64,000 nucleotides of DNA from assembly GCA_052246995.1 (NCBI GenBank), contig JBQPWD010000002.1:32001-96000 (forward strand). The letters are read 5' to 3'. This stretch comes from Candidatus Bathyarchaeota archaeon. GTDB taxonomy: Archaea; Thermoproteota; Bathyarchaeia; Hecatellales; Hecatellaceae. Made by a program: the position numbers and the translations under genes. This document shows positions 38,897-48,700 of the stretch, one piece after another; within the stretch, counting starts at the first letter, position 1, and each line of letters opens with the position of its first letter. The notes below the pieces were generated by a model. It did no database searches. It saw only the letters and a program-made list of their open reading frames with translations, and had not been told where the DNA came from.

Positions 38897-39206
38897 CCTC
38901 CCTTGTATAGTAATCTACTGGCGCTCCCTCATGGAAAGTGTTAACATACCTTGATTGAAGATAATGTCTATCAAGCTTTCTACCTAAATCTAAAATTTCT
39001 TTTGGAGCGTTTAACTCTTCCAAAAACCTGTAAACCGAATGACCCATCCTTTCCAAACCCAAACTTTGAAAAACAGCCTTCAACGCGTATTCTGCTGCCT
39101 GATGAGCCATAAAACATGCAACCCAATAATCTCCAAACTGAACATTTTTTTTAGCGTTGTTTAATGCAGCTTCAGCTTGTCTAAGCCAATCCTCAACCCT
39201 TCTCAT
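38826..39206 (-). CDS. HEPN protein, pair 4
   Basis: HQAAEYALKA, GHS and LDRHYLQSRYVNTFH motifs. Confidence 0.9.
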   Translation of the reverse strand: MRRVEDWLRQAEAALNNAKKNVQFGDYWVACFMAHQAAEYALKAVFQSLGLERMGHSVYRFLEELNAPKEILDLGRKLDRHYLQSRYVNTFHEGAPVDYYTREDAEEAVQHGEKVVQFCRKSISRS

Positions 39207-39276
39207 AAACTACTGAATGCAAAGTATCATACTTTAAACTTACGTTTAACAAGTCTAGGAAGGTTGGCGGGTACGG

Positions 39277-40128
39277 TTAAACAAGAGGGGAAGGACTTGT
39301 TTCCGAAGTAAACGGTAGTTTCTCCAGCTTTACAAATACTTGACGATTCAAGTTCTTAAGTCTCTCCAGCACTAGATTTTTTGCCTTTTGAGTTATTGTA
39401 AACATGGGTATGGTAGCACCAGCCTGCAGTAATGCCTTCTTTCCAGCAATTTCTCTTACCCATTTTGATGCACATGCGGTTATCATGTCACATGTCTCCA
39501 ACAGTCTTTTTGTCTCTTCCTTTGAGATCCCGGTTAAGTGTACGGCAAATATCCATGAATCCTCATACTTGCTTCTTACAGCCTCAGCATCTTTTGCACT
39601 TACTACTGTGACAGCAACGTTTGACATTCCAAGTTTGTAGGCAAGTTCTACTCCAGCTGGCTGGTCTATTCTAGCAGTTTCTTTATCGAGGACGATGCCC
39701 TCCTCTTGCTCTATTTTTTTAATAACCTCTGGAATCGGGCTTGTTTTTACAAGACCTGATAGCCTACCTCCAAGACCTTGAACTAGTGATGGGTTTTTTG
39801 TTACAACTGTTCCAGCACAATCAGCAGCAATGACGGCTCCACCAATCATATGTTTTTTTAATCCAAAGCTTATCAGCTCGGAAGCCCCGAAGGGAACAAA
39901 TTCTTCATCTGAAACTACAATTCTATTTTTTGTGAGCATGCCAAACTTCTTTATTCTAAACTCTATGTTTCTCTTTATTTCTTCTTTTGAAAAGGTTTTT
40001 ACTGGCTCCTCAAACCTGACTGCTAAGGGACAAAAGTTTATTAGTGGTTCTCCAACTTCTATTACTTTGCCGTCACGTACAACTATTCTTGTTTTTCCCA
40101 ATGCTTCCATTACATGCTCATCTGTCAT
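39277..40128 (-). CDS. Methanogenesis marker protein 8 (DUF2099)
   Basis: DEHVMEALGKTR, CPL, FGASE, DCAGT, GGRLSGL and ACAS motifs. Confidence 0.85.
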   Translation of the reverse strand: MTDEHVMEALGKTRIVVRDGKVIEVGEPLINFCPLAVRFEEPVKTFSKEEIKRNIEFRIKKFGMLTKNRIVVSDEEFVPFGASELISFGLKKHMIGGAVIAADCAGTVVTKNPSLVQGLGGRLSGLVKTSPIPEVIKKIEQEEGIVLDKETARIDQPAGVELAYKLGMSNVAVTVVSAKDAEAVRSKYEDSWIFAVHLTGISKEETKRLLETCDMITACASKWVREIAGKKALLQAGATIPMFTITQKAKNLVLERLKNLNRQVFVKLEKLPFTSETSPSPLV

Positions 40129-40370
40129 ATGTCAGAAAGGATGTGGAGAAGGATATAACGATTTTTGCATGTGTAAAGCAGTTTATCAGTTTTTAGGCGT
40201 TAAAGTTGGGGTTATTTTGTTAGTAGTATGTTTGAAAGTTTTCAAGGATGGTTTGAAGTTTCATAAGGGTCTTGGAAGCGGTGGACGTGGAAAGCTGATG
40301 AAAAGTGTAAAAACTAAATCTGACGGAAGTTAACGTCTTTCTCAACCTTTACCGTTAAATTATCAAAAGT

Positions 40371-40400
40371 GTTTGTAAATTTGTAAAATTGTAAATGTAA
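40371..40400. repeat. Short-period degenerate tandem repeat (TGTAAA units)
   Basis: GTTTGTAAAT TTGTAAAATT GTAAATGTAA. Confidence 0.5.
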
Positions 40401-40972
40401 CTGGGATATCAGATTTTATGGAAAGTTTCTTAAAAGTTTTTACAGTTTCTTGGAATGTTTCCAGTTTTCCAAATTTCCAACCAGTTTTTGTTTTTTAACT
40501 TTTTACAAGTTTCTTCTTTTAACCCAATTTTTCGGTTAGTATGATTATGTTTACGGCTTGAGTTTGAGATGAGGCGTAAAAAAACATTTTGACGGGTTTT
40601 TCATTCTTACTCATTTAGGCTGAGAGAAGCCTTCATAACTAAAGTAATTTCTAAAGCCTAAATTTGTTGATAGCTTTCTCCTAAGAAATCCTAACAAGTT
40701 TACGCTTGTGTCTGTCCAATTGGGTAACGCAATTCTGATGTTCGCTAAAGTTGATGAGGAAGTTGACTTTTAGATGTCTACTGAGGCTTGTATGCCTATA
40801 AGTCTGGGAATCCATGTTTGTCAAAGCTGAAAATTGTTGTCTTTTGGTTTGTTATCTTGTTGAGGGGGTTGAAGGTTTAAAACTTGAAGACTTGGTGGGA
40901 ATTGGGGAAATGGGGAAAAAGGGAAAATGGCGAATCGGGACATTTATAAAAATTGTTAGGGGTAAAAACGCG

Positions 40973-41002
40973 TGAGAATCTACATTCCAAGGGAGTTTCA
41001 TA
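40973..41002 (+). repeat. 30-bp dispersed repeat, copy 1 (inverted relative to 52246-52275)
   Basis: TGAGAATCTACATTCCAAGGGAGTTTCATA; 28/30 identical to the reverse complement of copy 2. Confidence 0.85.
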
Positions 41003-41155
41003 GATTTTTGGGGACATAAATTTTGTTTATGTTGCGGAAACAAGAGATTTAGCAGGTAATATTGTCCCTACAATTTTTACGTGAATCTTGGTGAGGGGTT
41101 TGTGGGTGTATTAGGTTAGTAAAGTATAAATCCCACTTTATTTAAATTTTCCTAA

Positions 41156-41401
41156 TTGGTGGGTAAGATGAGTATATTGGAGCTTGACGATAAGGGTAGG
41201 CTAACTATACCTAAGGAGATTAGGGAGTCTTTGAATTTTGGGAAGAAGGTTTTGGTTATAAATGCTGGTGACCATCTCAAAATAATTCCATTACCATCCG
41301 ACCCCTTTAAAATCCTTCATGGTGCGTTTAAAGTCAACAAGCCGTTTAGGGAGCTTAGAAGACAGGCGGAGTTGTTGGCTGAGGGTGAAGCAGGTAAATA
41401 A
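41156..41401 (+). CDS. vapB: AbrB/MazE-type antitoxin
   Basis: DDKGRLTIPKEIRE motif; upstream of a PIN toxin. Confidence 0.88.
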   Translation: MVGKMSILELDDKGRLTIPKEIRESLNFGKKVLVINAGDHLKIIPLPSDPFKILHGAFKVNKPFRELRRQAELLAEGEAGK

Positions 41402-41415
41402 AGGTTGATGACATA

Positions 41416-41820
41416 ATGCCGCTCTTAGAAAACGATGTTATCTTTGCCTATTTAAATGAGTATGATCCTAACCATCCTGTTGCAGAGAGAATATTTAAAA
41501 AACTTCAGGATGGGGAGATAAGCATCCACATCTCAAGTGTTAGCTTGGTTGAAATGGAGTTAATTTATAGGAGTGAAAGAATGGAAGAAAGGCTTCTGAG
41601 GGATTTAGCAGCTCTAGCAGCTCTACCACGTGTAGAATATGTGCCATTAACCCCTGATACAGCCGTTGCAAGCGTGTATTTAAGGCAGACATTAAACCTC
41701 TCGTTCTTTGACTCTCACTATGCTGCGACAGCGCTGAGCCTGGATAGAAAAGTAATCTCATTCGACAAAACATATGATAAAGTGCCAGGTTTAACGCGCA
41801 TCAGACCCGACACCCTTTAA
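41416..41820 (+). CDS. vapC: PIN-domain toxin
   Basis: ENDV, E, SFFDSHYAA and SFD motifs. Confidence 0.88.
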   Translation: MPLLENDVIFAYLNEYDPNHPVAERIFKKLQDGEISIHISSVSLVEMELIYRSERMEERLLRDLAALAALPRVEYVPLTPDTAVASVYLRQTLNLSFFDSHYAATALSLDRKVISFDKTYDKVPGLTRIRPDTL

Positions 41821-42027
41821 ACCAGATGACTATGATGAATGTTAAAAATAAATAATTTCACAATCACTCCTATTGTTGTTTCCGCAGAGAATTTTGTTAC
41901 TATTAGAATTACGGTTTCCTATCTTGGTTATCAAAGTCCTCCGCTTAAAGTACTTCCAGAAGCCGCTTTGCTTACTGGTATTTTTAATTTCTTAGTCTAC
42001 TTGCCATATTTTACATAAAAGTTTTAA

Positions 42028-42372
42028 CTATTTAGAGAAGATTTTGAGGTCGTCCCTCAAAACTACCCCATATTTCATTGTTTCTATAACCATTGTTTCC
42101 CTCTTTTCCATTAGCGTCTTAAACTCTTTGTATGTTAGGGCGATGACTTGGTATCCTGGGGGGGTATCTATGTTTCTTAACCTGTCTGGTGGTTTTCCTG
42201 TAAAGTATTCTGAGATGAGTAGTATGTCTACGTCGCTCCAGAGGTTGAAGTCTCCTCTAGCATAGGAGCCGATTAGAATGGCTGTAACCTTAAATGGGAT
42301 CTTAGAAGCCCACTCCCTTGCCTCGTTTATATGTTTCTCTCTTATCCTTTTTCTTTCTTCAATGATTTCCAT
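42028..42372 (-). CDS. MNT, pair 5
   Basis: LIGSYARGDFNLWSDVDIL motif. Confidence 0.9.
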   Translation of the reverse strand: MEIIEERKRIREKHINEAREWASKIPFKVTAILIGSYARGDFNLWSDVDILLISEYFTGKPPDRLRNIDTPPGYQVIALTYKEFKTLMEKRETMVIETMKYGVVLRDDLKIFSK

Positions 42373-42755
42373 TTCTCCTCAACCCAACTTATTATATCCT
42401 CAGCAAGTCTTATAGACTCTTCAGCATCTCTTCTTGTATAGTATTCGTCTGGACTACCTTCAACCCAAGCATTAGGATACCTTGTTGGCACATAGTATTT
42501 ATCTAATGTCTTAGCAGCTTGGACTGTTTTATCGTCATACTGAAGAACACTTGAAACTCCTGTTAGAAGTCTTGATAGGCTATGTCCGTATGAAGGCATT
42601 CCTAAGCCCCTAAGCAAAGCCTTCAACGCGTATTCTGCTGCCTGTTGTGATTTAAAACATGCCCAGTTGTAATCGCCCCTACCAAGATCCCCCCTTGCAG
42701 AATCCAGAGTTTTTTTGCTGAAGACAATCCATCTCAGGTATTCGTTTTCATCCAT
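42342..42755 (-). CDS. HEPN protein, pair 5
   Basis: QQAAEYALKA, GHS and LDKYYVPTRYPNAW motifs. Confidence 0.9.
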   Translation of the reverse strand: MDENEYLRWIVFSKKTLDSARGDLGRGDYNWACFKSQQAAEYALKALLRGLGMPSYGHSLSRLLTGVSSVLQYDDKTVQAAKTLDKYYVPTRYPNAWVEGSPDEYYTRRDAEESIRLAEDIISWVEEKWKSLKKEKG

Positions 42756-43069
42756 GGTTCTTCTAAAATTCTAGGATACAATTTTAATTTAACCTTTTGT
42801 TTTACTGTTAGACAGTGGAGTTGTTACCAAGCTTCAGCTTTTTTTGTTGAGTGGTAGTTCGACACCTTGATAAAGTTAAAATGTGGAAGTTTGACTCTAA
42901 ACCTAGGTAAGAGTTTAAGTTTTAGTTTTAGGGTTGTGTGTAGTTTAAGTTGTTTTTATGTTAAGTTTTTGTAAATCATGGTTGGGATGATGGTGCTTAT
43001 TAAGATACAGATGCTGGCAATGTTGTCTGGCTGATGAATTTTCTATATATTCTTTTTGTTGTGGTTGTT

Positions 43070-43375
43070 CTACACTTCTACAAGCTCTTTATCCGGTATG
43101 AATCTTTTATACCATCTTTCCAAGATTTCTTCGGTGACCACGTGTAATTCCACGTTTTCCTCTACAGTCTTATACACCTTAACCATGATGTCATATTTTT
43201 GTTTAATCATCTTGGTAGCAACCAAAATGTCTATGTCGCTCGTGGCTGTAGCCGTACCTCTAACAACAGAGCCGAAAACGAAAACTCTTGCATGGGGATC
43301 TATGCTATGCACTATCTTCTTAACCCTTTCAGCAACCTTTAAGTGATCTTTATGGTCTTTGTTTTTTGATGTCAT
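43070..43375 (-). CDS. MNT, pair 6
   Basis: VFGSVVRG....SDIDILV motif. Confidence 0.9.
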   Translation of the reverse strand: MTSKNKDHKDHLKVAERVKKIVHSIDPHARVFVFGSVVRGTATATSDIDILVATKMIKQKYDIMVKVYKTVEENVELHVVTEEILERWYKRFIPDKELVEV

Positions 43376-43761
43376 TAAGTTTCATCTATAATTGGTTTGA
43401 ATACTTTAATCACGAATTTAAATAGGCTTTGAGCTTCATTTTCCTCGTAAACATATGGGATATATCTTGAAGTCAAGTAGGCTTCTTCGAGTCTGGCTAT
43501 ATAATGTAGTTTATCTTCATCATTAATGAGGGATAGCAGTTTTGGGTTTAACTTAGCAAGCTCCCTTATGAGTCCTCTAAGGGAATGTGTCCTTGGATAT
43601 GATCCGGATTTAATCAGCAATTTATATTTTAAAATTAATTGGCAGTACTGCTCAAGGTTAAAGACTGATAGGTCCCATTCGCGGTTTTCGAGTAAATATT
43701 TTGCAGTTCTCAGAAAGGCCTCTGCCCTACGCCTAATAATTTCAGACTCCTCAAATGACAG
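43375..43761 (-). CDS. HEPN protein, pair 6 (extended to a CTG start; track shows only 43375..43620)
   Basis: Open frame reads SFEESEIIRRRAEAFL...FNLEQYCQLILK..YPRTHSL..YLTSRY; GGTGG SD upstream of CTG. Confidence 0.8.
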   Translation of the reverse strand: MSFEESEIIRRRAEAFLRTAKYLLENREWDLSVFNLEQYCQLILKYKLLIKSGSYPRTHSLRGLIRELAKLNPKLLSLINDEDKLHYIARLEEAYLTSRYIPYVYEENEAQSLFKFVIKVFKPIIDET

Positions 43762-43835
43762 TTTTATTCCACCACTTAGTATAACAGCAGATAGGTTGGA
43801 TAGACATCTATTTTAATTTAACTTTTAAACCACCT

Positions 43836-44063
43836 TTAGGTTTTGCTTTTCTCACCAGGTATAATAAGTGAGTAGAGGACTGTTAAGAAGCCAGAAATAA
43901 GTGTGGGGATAAATAAGTTTTTCATCCTCTTCGGCTTTTTTTTTTCCTTAGTGTAGCTTTGTAAAGTCTTGTAGTCTTCAAGAAGCTTTTTCATTGTTTC
44001 AATGTCTAAGTCGAGCGTGGACATGACTTCAACTTGGCTACATCCATCTTCAAGCTTTTCCAT
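43836..44063 (-). pseudogene. Probable remnant of an HTH-containing mobile-element-type gene
   Basis: LEDGCSQVEVMSTLDL resembles an HTH; broken upstream frames and an unrelated-looking tail. Confidence 0.3.
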
Positions 44064-44237
44064 AGCCTTTAGGTAAACGGGAGACTCAGGTTGGGCAAGG
44101 GATAATTGTGGGATAGTGGCTCTCCATGTAGGTCACTTACACGTTACTTTGCACGTGTTTTCTGCAAGATGTTTACAGTTAGGGTTCAAGATGGTTGGGA
44201 ATAACATTCTAAGCAAAGTTTATAAGTTTAGCATTAA

Positions 44238-44537
44238 ATGAAATTCTTAGTGACATATATGAGTCTTAGTAGAGTTTCAAAAAAGTGGCTGACCACAATC
44301 CCCTCAGATGTGAGGCGTTCTCTCGGCCTAGATGAGGGTGACTTTATCATGTGGGAGGTGGATGCATCCAAGGCGGTTGCCACCGTCAAGGTTGTAAAAG
44401 ACCCGCTTAAGTTTCTCAAGGGAAGGTATAGTGACCCAAAATTGAGGTATGACGTTGTTGAGGAGACAGCCGACAAAATGGTTAGGGGGATGATCCATGC
44501 CGATAGTAGAGCTCGACCTTCTAATAGCTCTAGTTAA
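44238..44537 (+). CDS. vapB: AbrB-type antitoxin
   Basis: TTIPSDVRRSLGLDEGD motif. Confidence 0.85.
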   Translation: MKFLVTYMSLSRVSKKWLTTIPSDVRRSLGLDEGDFIMWEVDASKAVATVKVVKDPLKFLKGRYSDPKLRYDVVEETADKMVRGMIHADSRARPSNSSS

Positions 44538-44910
44538 TAGGGAAGATGGGCTTCACGAGGCCGCTTCAAAGCTCTTTGAGGCCGCCGCCCACGGAAGGAT
44601 TGGAAAGATAACCATAGCAACCTCAGCCCTCATGGAGTACGAGCTTATCCTCAAATCAAGAGGCTATAGTGAAGAAGATATAGCCACCGATATAAGAGCA
44701 TTAACGAGCATAAGAAATGTGGATGAGGCTCCCATAAACGCTCAGGTGATGCTTACAGCCATAAACCTCAGAAAAAAATATCAACTAACCTATTTCGACT
44801 CACTACACGCTGCAACAGCAATCCTACATGACGGGGCAATAATATCAACAGATAAAGCCTACCGCGAGATAAAAGAGCTCAAAGCAATAGACCCTAAGAA
44901 ATATGAATAA
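44497..44910 (+). CDS. vapC: PIN-domain toxin
   Basis: ELD, E, LTYFDSLHAA and STD motifs. Confidence 0.88.
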   Translation: MPIVELDLLIALVNREDGLHEAASKLFEAAAHGRIGKITIATSALMEYELILKSRGYSEEDIATDIRALTSIRNVDEAPINAQVMLTAINLRKKYQLTYFDSLHAATAILHDGAIISTDKAYREIKELKAIDPKKYE

Positions 44911-44981
44911 CCATGCACAAGTTTTAAGGCTCTCTTCACATGCATTGTTTAAGTGTTGATGAAATATGCTAAGAATAGTGT

Positions 44982-45190
44982 TACATAACAGTTTATTCAG
45001 CCATGAGTGTTGATGGGAGAATTGCAAGTAAGAGACGCTACAGCAAGCTCAGTTGCCCATATGACTTAAAAAGGCTACATGAGCTTAGAGCTCAAAGCAA
45101 TGGAGTGATGGTGGGAGCAAACACGGTCATTATAGATGACCTAATCTCTCACAGTTAAATATGTTGAAGGTGTTGAAGGGAGAAATCTCT
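44982..45190 (+). pseudogene. Truncated, frameshifted archaeal riboflavin-pathway pyrimidine reductase (RibD C-terminal/ArfC-like)
   Basis: YSAMSVDGRIASK..SCPYDLKRLHELRA..VMVGANTVIIDD, then a frameshift to LTVKYVEG; the rest is missing. Confidence 0.8.
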
Positions 45191-45206
45191 CCCTGAACCT
45201 AGCTTA

Positions 45207-45392
45207 TTATTTCCAGATTCTACGCACCCATTCCACTCTCTCAAAGTCTTTATCGTTTGTGTAAATTTCAGTCACATTATTTTTCTTCATTATTACTTGT
45301 AGTGTAAGAGCATCAACAAAATCTAAGTTGTATTTCTCCATGTCCGACACTGCATTCAACATCTCCCTCCATGAGGTTTCAACCTTCCTCAT
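45207..45392 (-). pseudogene. C-terminal half of a VapC/PIN toxin
   Basis: LDFVDAL and IYTNDKDFER motifs without the N-terminal catalytic Asp strand. Confidence 0.75.
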
Positions 45393-45399
45393 TAAGAGG

Positions 45400-45603
45400 C
45401 TTCAAGAAGGTGGAATGACGAAGGCTATTCTAACAGGATGGATGGCTCATTATAACTTAGTAAGACCACATCTAGCATTAGGAAAGAATCCTCCAGCAAA
45501 AATGGCGGAGATACCTATCCAAAACGACTGGAAAACATTATCCGACAAGCAACCTTTAAACTTTATAACCCATCACCAAAAACTTAACAAAACCCTATTT
45601 TGA
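45400..45603 (+). mobile_element. C-terminal remnant of a DDE (IS6-like) transposase
   Basis: GWMAHYNLVRPHLALGKNPPAKMAEI resembles the YNxxRPHxAL..TPA end of DDE transposases; abuts the truncated vapC. Confidence 0.65.
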
Positions 45604-45625
45604 AACTGCTCAGAAGGCAAGCTTG

Positions 45626-45669
45626 ATTTGTTTACATTTGTTTACATTTTTAAAGCTTAGCTTTAAATA
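45626..45669 (+). promoter_or_regulatory. Putative S-layer promoter with a 10-bp tandem repeat
   Basis: ATTTGTTTAC twice plus ATTT (45626-45649), then TTTAAATA at 45662; GGTGA SD before the ATG. Confidence 0.45.
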
Positions 45670-45730
45670 CGTGATACCAGCCTTATATCATACTTGGAAA
45701 TAGCCTAGTAACTCTTAAGGTGAAATAAAA

Positions 45731-48700
45731 ATGAATCATGTTCTTCAAAACAAAACCCTAGCAACAATAACAACGTTAATCCTAATCATAAGCACCCTAG
45801 CAACCCTAACACCACTACTTGTGGCACATGGAGCAGCAGGAACAATAACAGCATCCCAAAGCACCTTCAGCGCAAAGGTGTTGTTGCAAATAACGGTAAC
45901 AGACCCGGATGTGGCTGAAAAGGCTAGTGAGCAACTTGTATCAATAAGGACAGAATACACTGACAAAAACGAGGGATCTCAAGTAGTTTACCTGAATGCT
46001 TCTCAAGTAGTTGGTGGACAGTGGGTGTGCTGGGTAAGACCAACAGATAGTGCCCCTACCACGCCTGGAAATCCGCCACCCTTCTGGTACGAGGATGAAA
46101 CCTACGCTACAAACCTATTACCTAAGGAACCTAAATCTGACACGGATGTTAAGTTTATCTATTTTGATGCCAGCGAAAACCAGGAGAGGGTTGTAACCGT
46201 AACATATAAGGAGGTTAAGGGAAGTATTAGCCTCGACAGAACCGCCTACCCGATGCAGGGGAAGGTGTACATTACAGTTACAGACCCAGACATGAACGTT
46301 GACCCAACAACTGTAGATGAAATATCAGCTACGAACGTAATACTTGATGTTGCAGGTCTATGGCAAGAAAATGTTAAGTTGACCGAGACAGGACCCAACA
46401 CCCAAACATTTAAGGGTTCCACTATTTTGCCTGTTAATCCTCCTTATTATACTTACGCCATGCCTGGTCAAAGAATAACTGTTACATACAGTGATCCTAA
46501 AGGAGATGTTACCGCTTATGCCATTGTAACTGTTTCAACTGCTGAAGTAAGCCTTGACAAGGCTGTCTACATGGTGAATGATACTGCAAAAATAACCCTT
46601 GTTGAACCTGACCTAAACAAGGATTCAGACAAAGCTGAATATGTGGAGGTTACCGTTAAAAGTGACAAACTAGGAGGATGTTTATACGTAAAGTTGGATG
46701 AAACAGGAAAGAATACTGGAAGATTTACCGGGACATTCAAGTTTGCAATAGAGCCAACTCCTGGAAGATTAAATGTTACTGCTAAAGATAAGGTAATAGT
46801 GGAGTACACTGATCCTCTTACCGCCACTGGCGACAGGAGTGTTCTACGCACAGCCAAAGCTGACTTTACAACCAACACTGGTGTTGTATCGCTTGATAGA
46901 ACCGTCTACTCACCCAACATGATGGGTTATATTACCGTTGTCGATCCAGACATGAACGTCAACCCTGATGCAATAGACTATCTAGGAACACCTGTAGCTC
47001 AAAGCCTAGTAACCGTCAACAGTGTTAAAGCTGATGGCACAACGGTGGATACTGAAAAGGTTCTTATGACGGAGTATGGTGGAACAAACACTGGAATCTT
47101 CGTTGGAAGATTCAAAACCAGTACAACCACCTCAGCACCAGGAAACATTCCAACAGTCCAAGTTTCCATTGGAGGAAAAATAAAAGTAACCTATACTGAC
47201 CCAATAACCGCTGATGGAGAGACAAACAAGGCAATTTCTAAGGAGGCAAGCATCCGTGCAACAACAGGCACCGTTGAACTTGGAAGACCAGTGTACTCAC
47301 CAAACGTTCAAGTTACAGTTCGCATAACAGACCCAGACCTCAACCTCGACGTATACAGCAAAGATAAAATCGTTGTTGGAAAAGTAGGTGACAAATGGCA
47401 GTTAAACATCACCAACAACATAGTCCCACCAGGGGTAACCCTTGGCGAATATACTGAAGCCCCTGTTGTGCTTTACTCAACAGGTTGGGATGGTACTTCA
47501 ATAACGAACATCGAAGAAACTGATGTTAACACAGGCATATTTGAAAAAGTTGTTAATGCACATATAGGTAATGTTAAGGCTGGAGAAACATTGTACTTTA
47601 AATACATAGACCCCGCCAACGAGATTGGAGTCCAGGAGCCTGTTGTGGCCTCAGCAAGACTTGACACCTTCACGGGAACACTCACCATAGATAAATCTGT
47701 TTACAAGGTTGGTGAAAAAGTTAAAATCACCGTTGTCGACCCAGACATGAACAAAGATCCAAAAGCTAAAGACAAGATCACTGACAGAGTCACGATTAAG
47801 AGCGATACCTCCCCCGGCGGACTTACAGTAGAACTTACGGAGACCGACAAAGATACTGATACATTTACAGGTGAAGTTAAACTTGTTACCGGTACACCAG
47901 GTACTGGTGAGCTTAAGGTTTCACGTGGAGACACTGTTACCGTAACCTACGAGGATCAGGAGACAGCTGGTGGTGGTGGAAAGCTAAAGATAACCGCAAG
48001 CGCAAAAGTTTACTCAAGTGATGGAAAAATAGAACTGGATAGGTCATCCTACTCACCATATGGTACGGTTAAGATTACAGTTACAGACCCAGACATGAAC
48101 GCAGACTCAGCTGTTGTTGACTCAATAGCTAAAGACCGTATAAGGATATACACTACAAGTGACCCATACGGCATTGAAGTAACCCTTAAAGAAACTGATG
48201 TTGACACAGGCATATTTGAGGAATACGTTAAACTCGGCGATAAAACTGATGAGGCTGCAAAAATGTTGAAGGCAAGCCATGGTGATGGGCTTACAGCCGT
48301 ATACACTGAAGAGGCTGACGCTGCAGGAAAGAAAGACGTTGCAAGAATGGTAACAGCAAAAGTAAGCTATGTAACAGCAAAAATAAGTTTTGACAAAAGC
48401 TTCTACCTTATAAACGAAACTGCAAAAATAACCCTTGTTGAGCCTGATGAGAATAAAGATGCCAAACTTGAAAACAGTGTTCAAATAACAGTAACATCAA
48501 CAACAGACCCAGCAGGAATTAGAATATCACTTACCGAAACAGGTAAGGATACTGGAATATTTGAAGGTAGTCTCACATTCACCACTGGACCATCAACCGG
48601 AACAATGCTAAAGGTAACCAAGGGAGACACAATAACAGCAATCTACGATGATAGGTCGATAGAAGACTACCCAACCGTCACCGTAAAAAGAGTAACCGCC

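Noticed and set aside
40295-40795. TGATGA...CTGA pairs at about 40295-40323 and 40751-40784 as C/D sRNAs
   Set aside because: No convincing internal D'/C' boxes and no recognisable rRNA complement.
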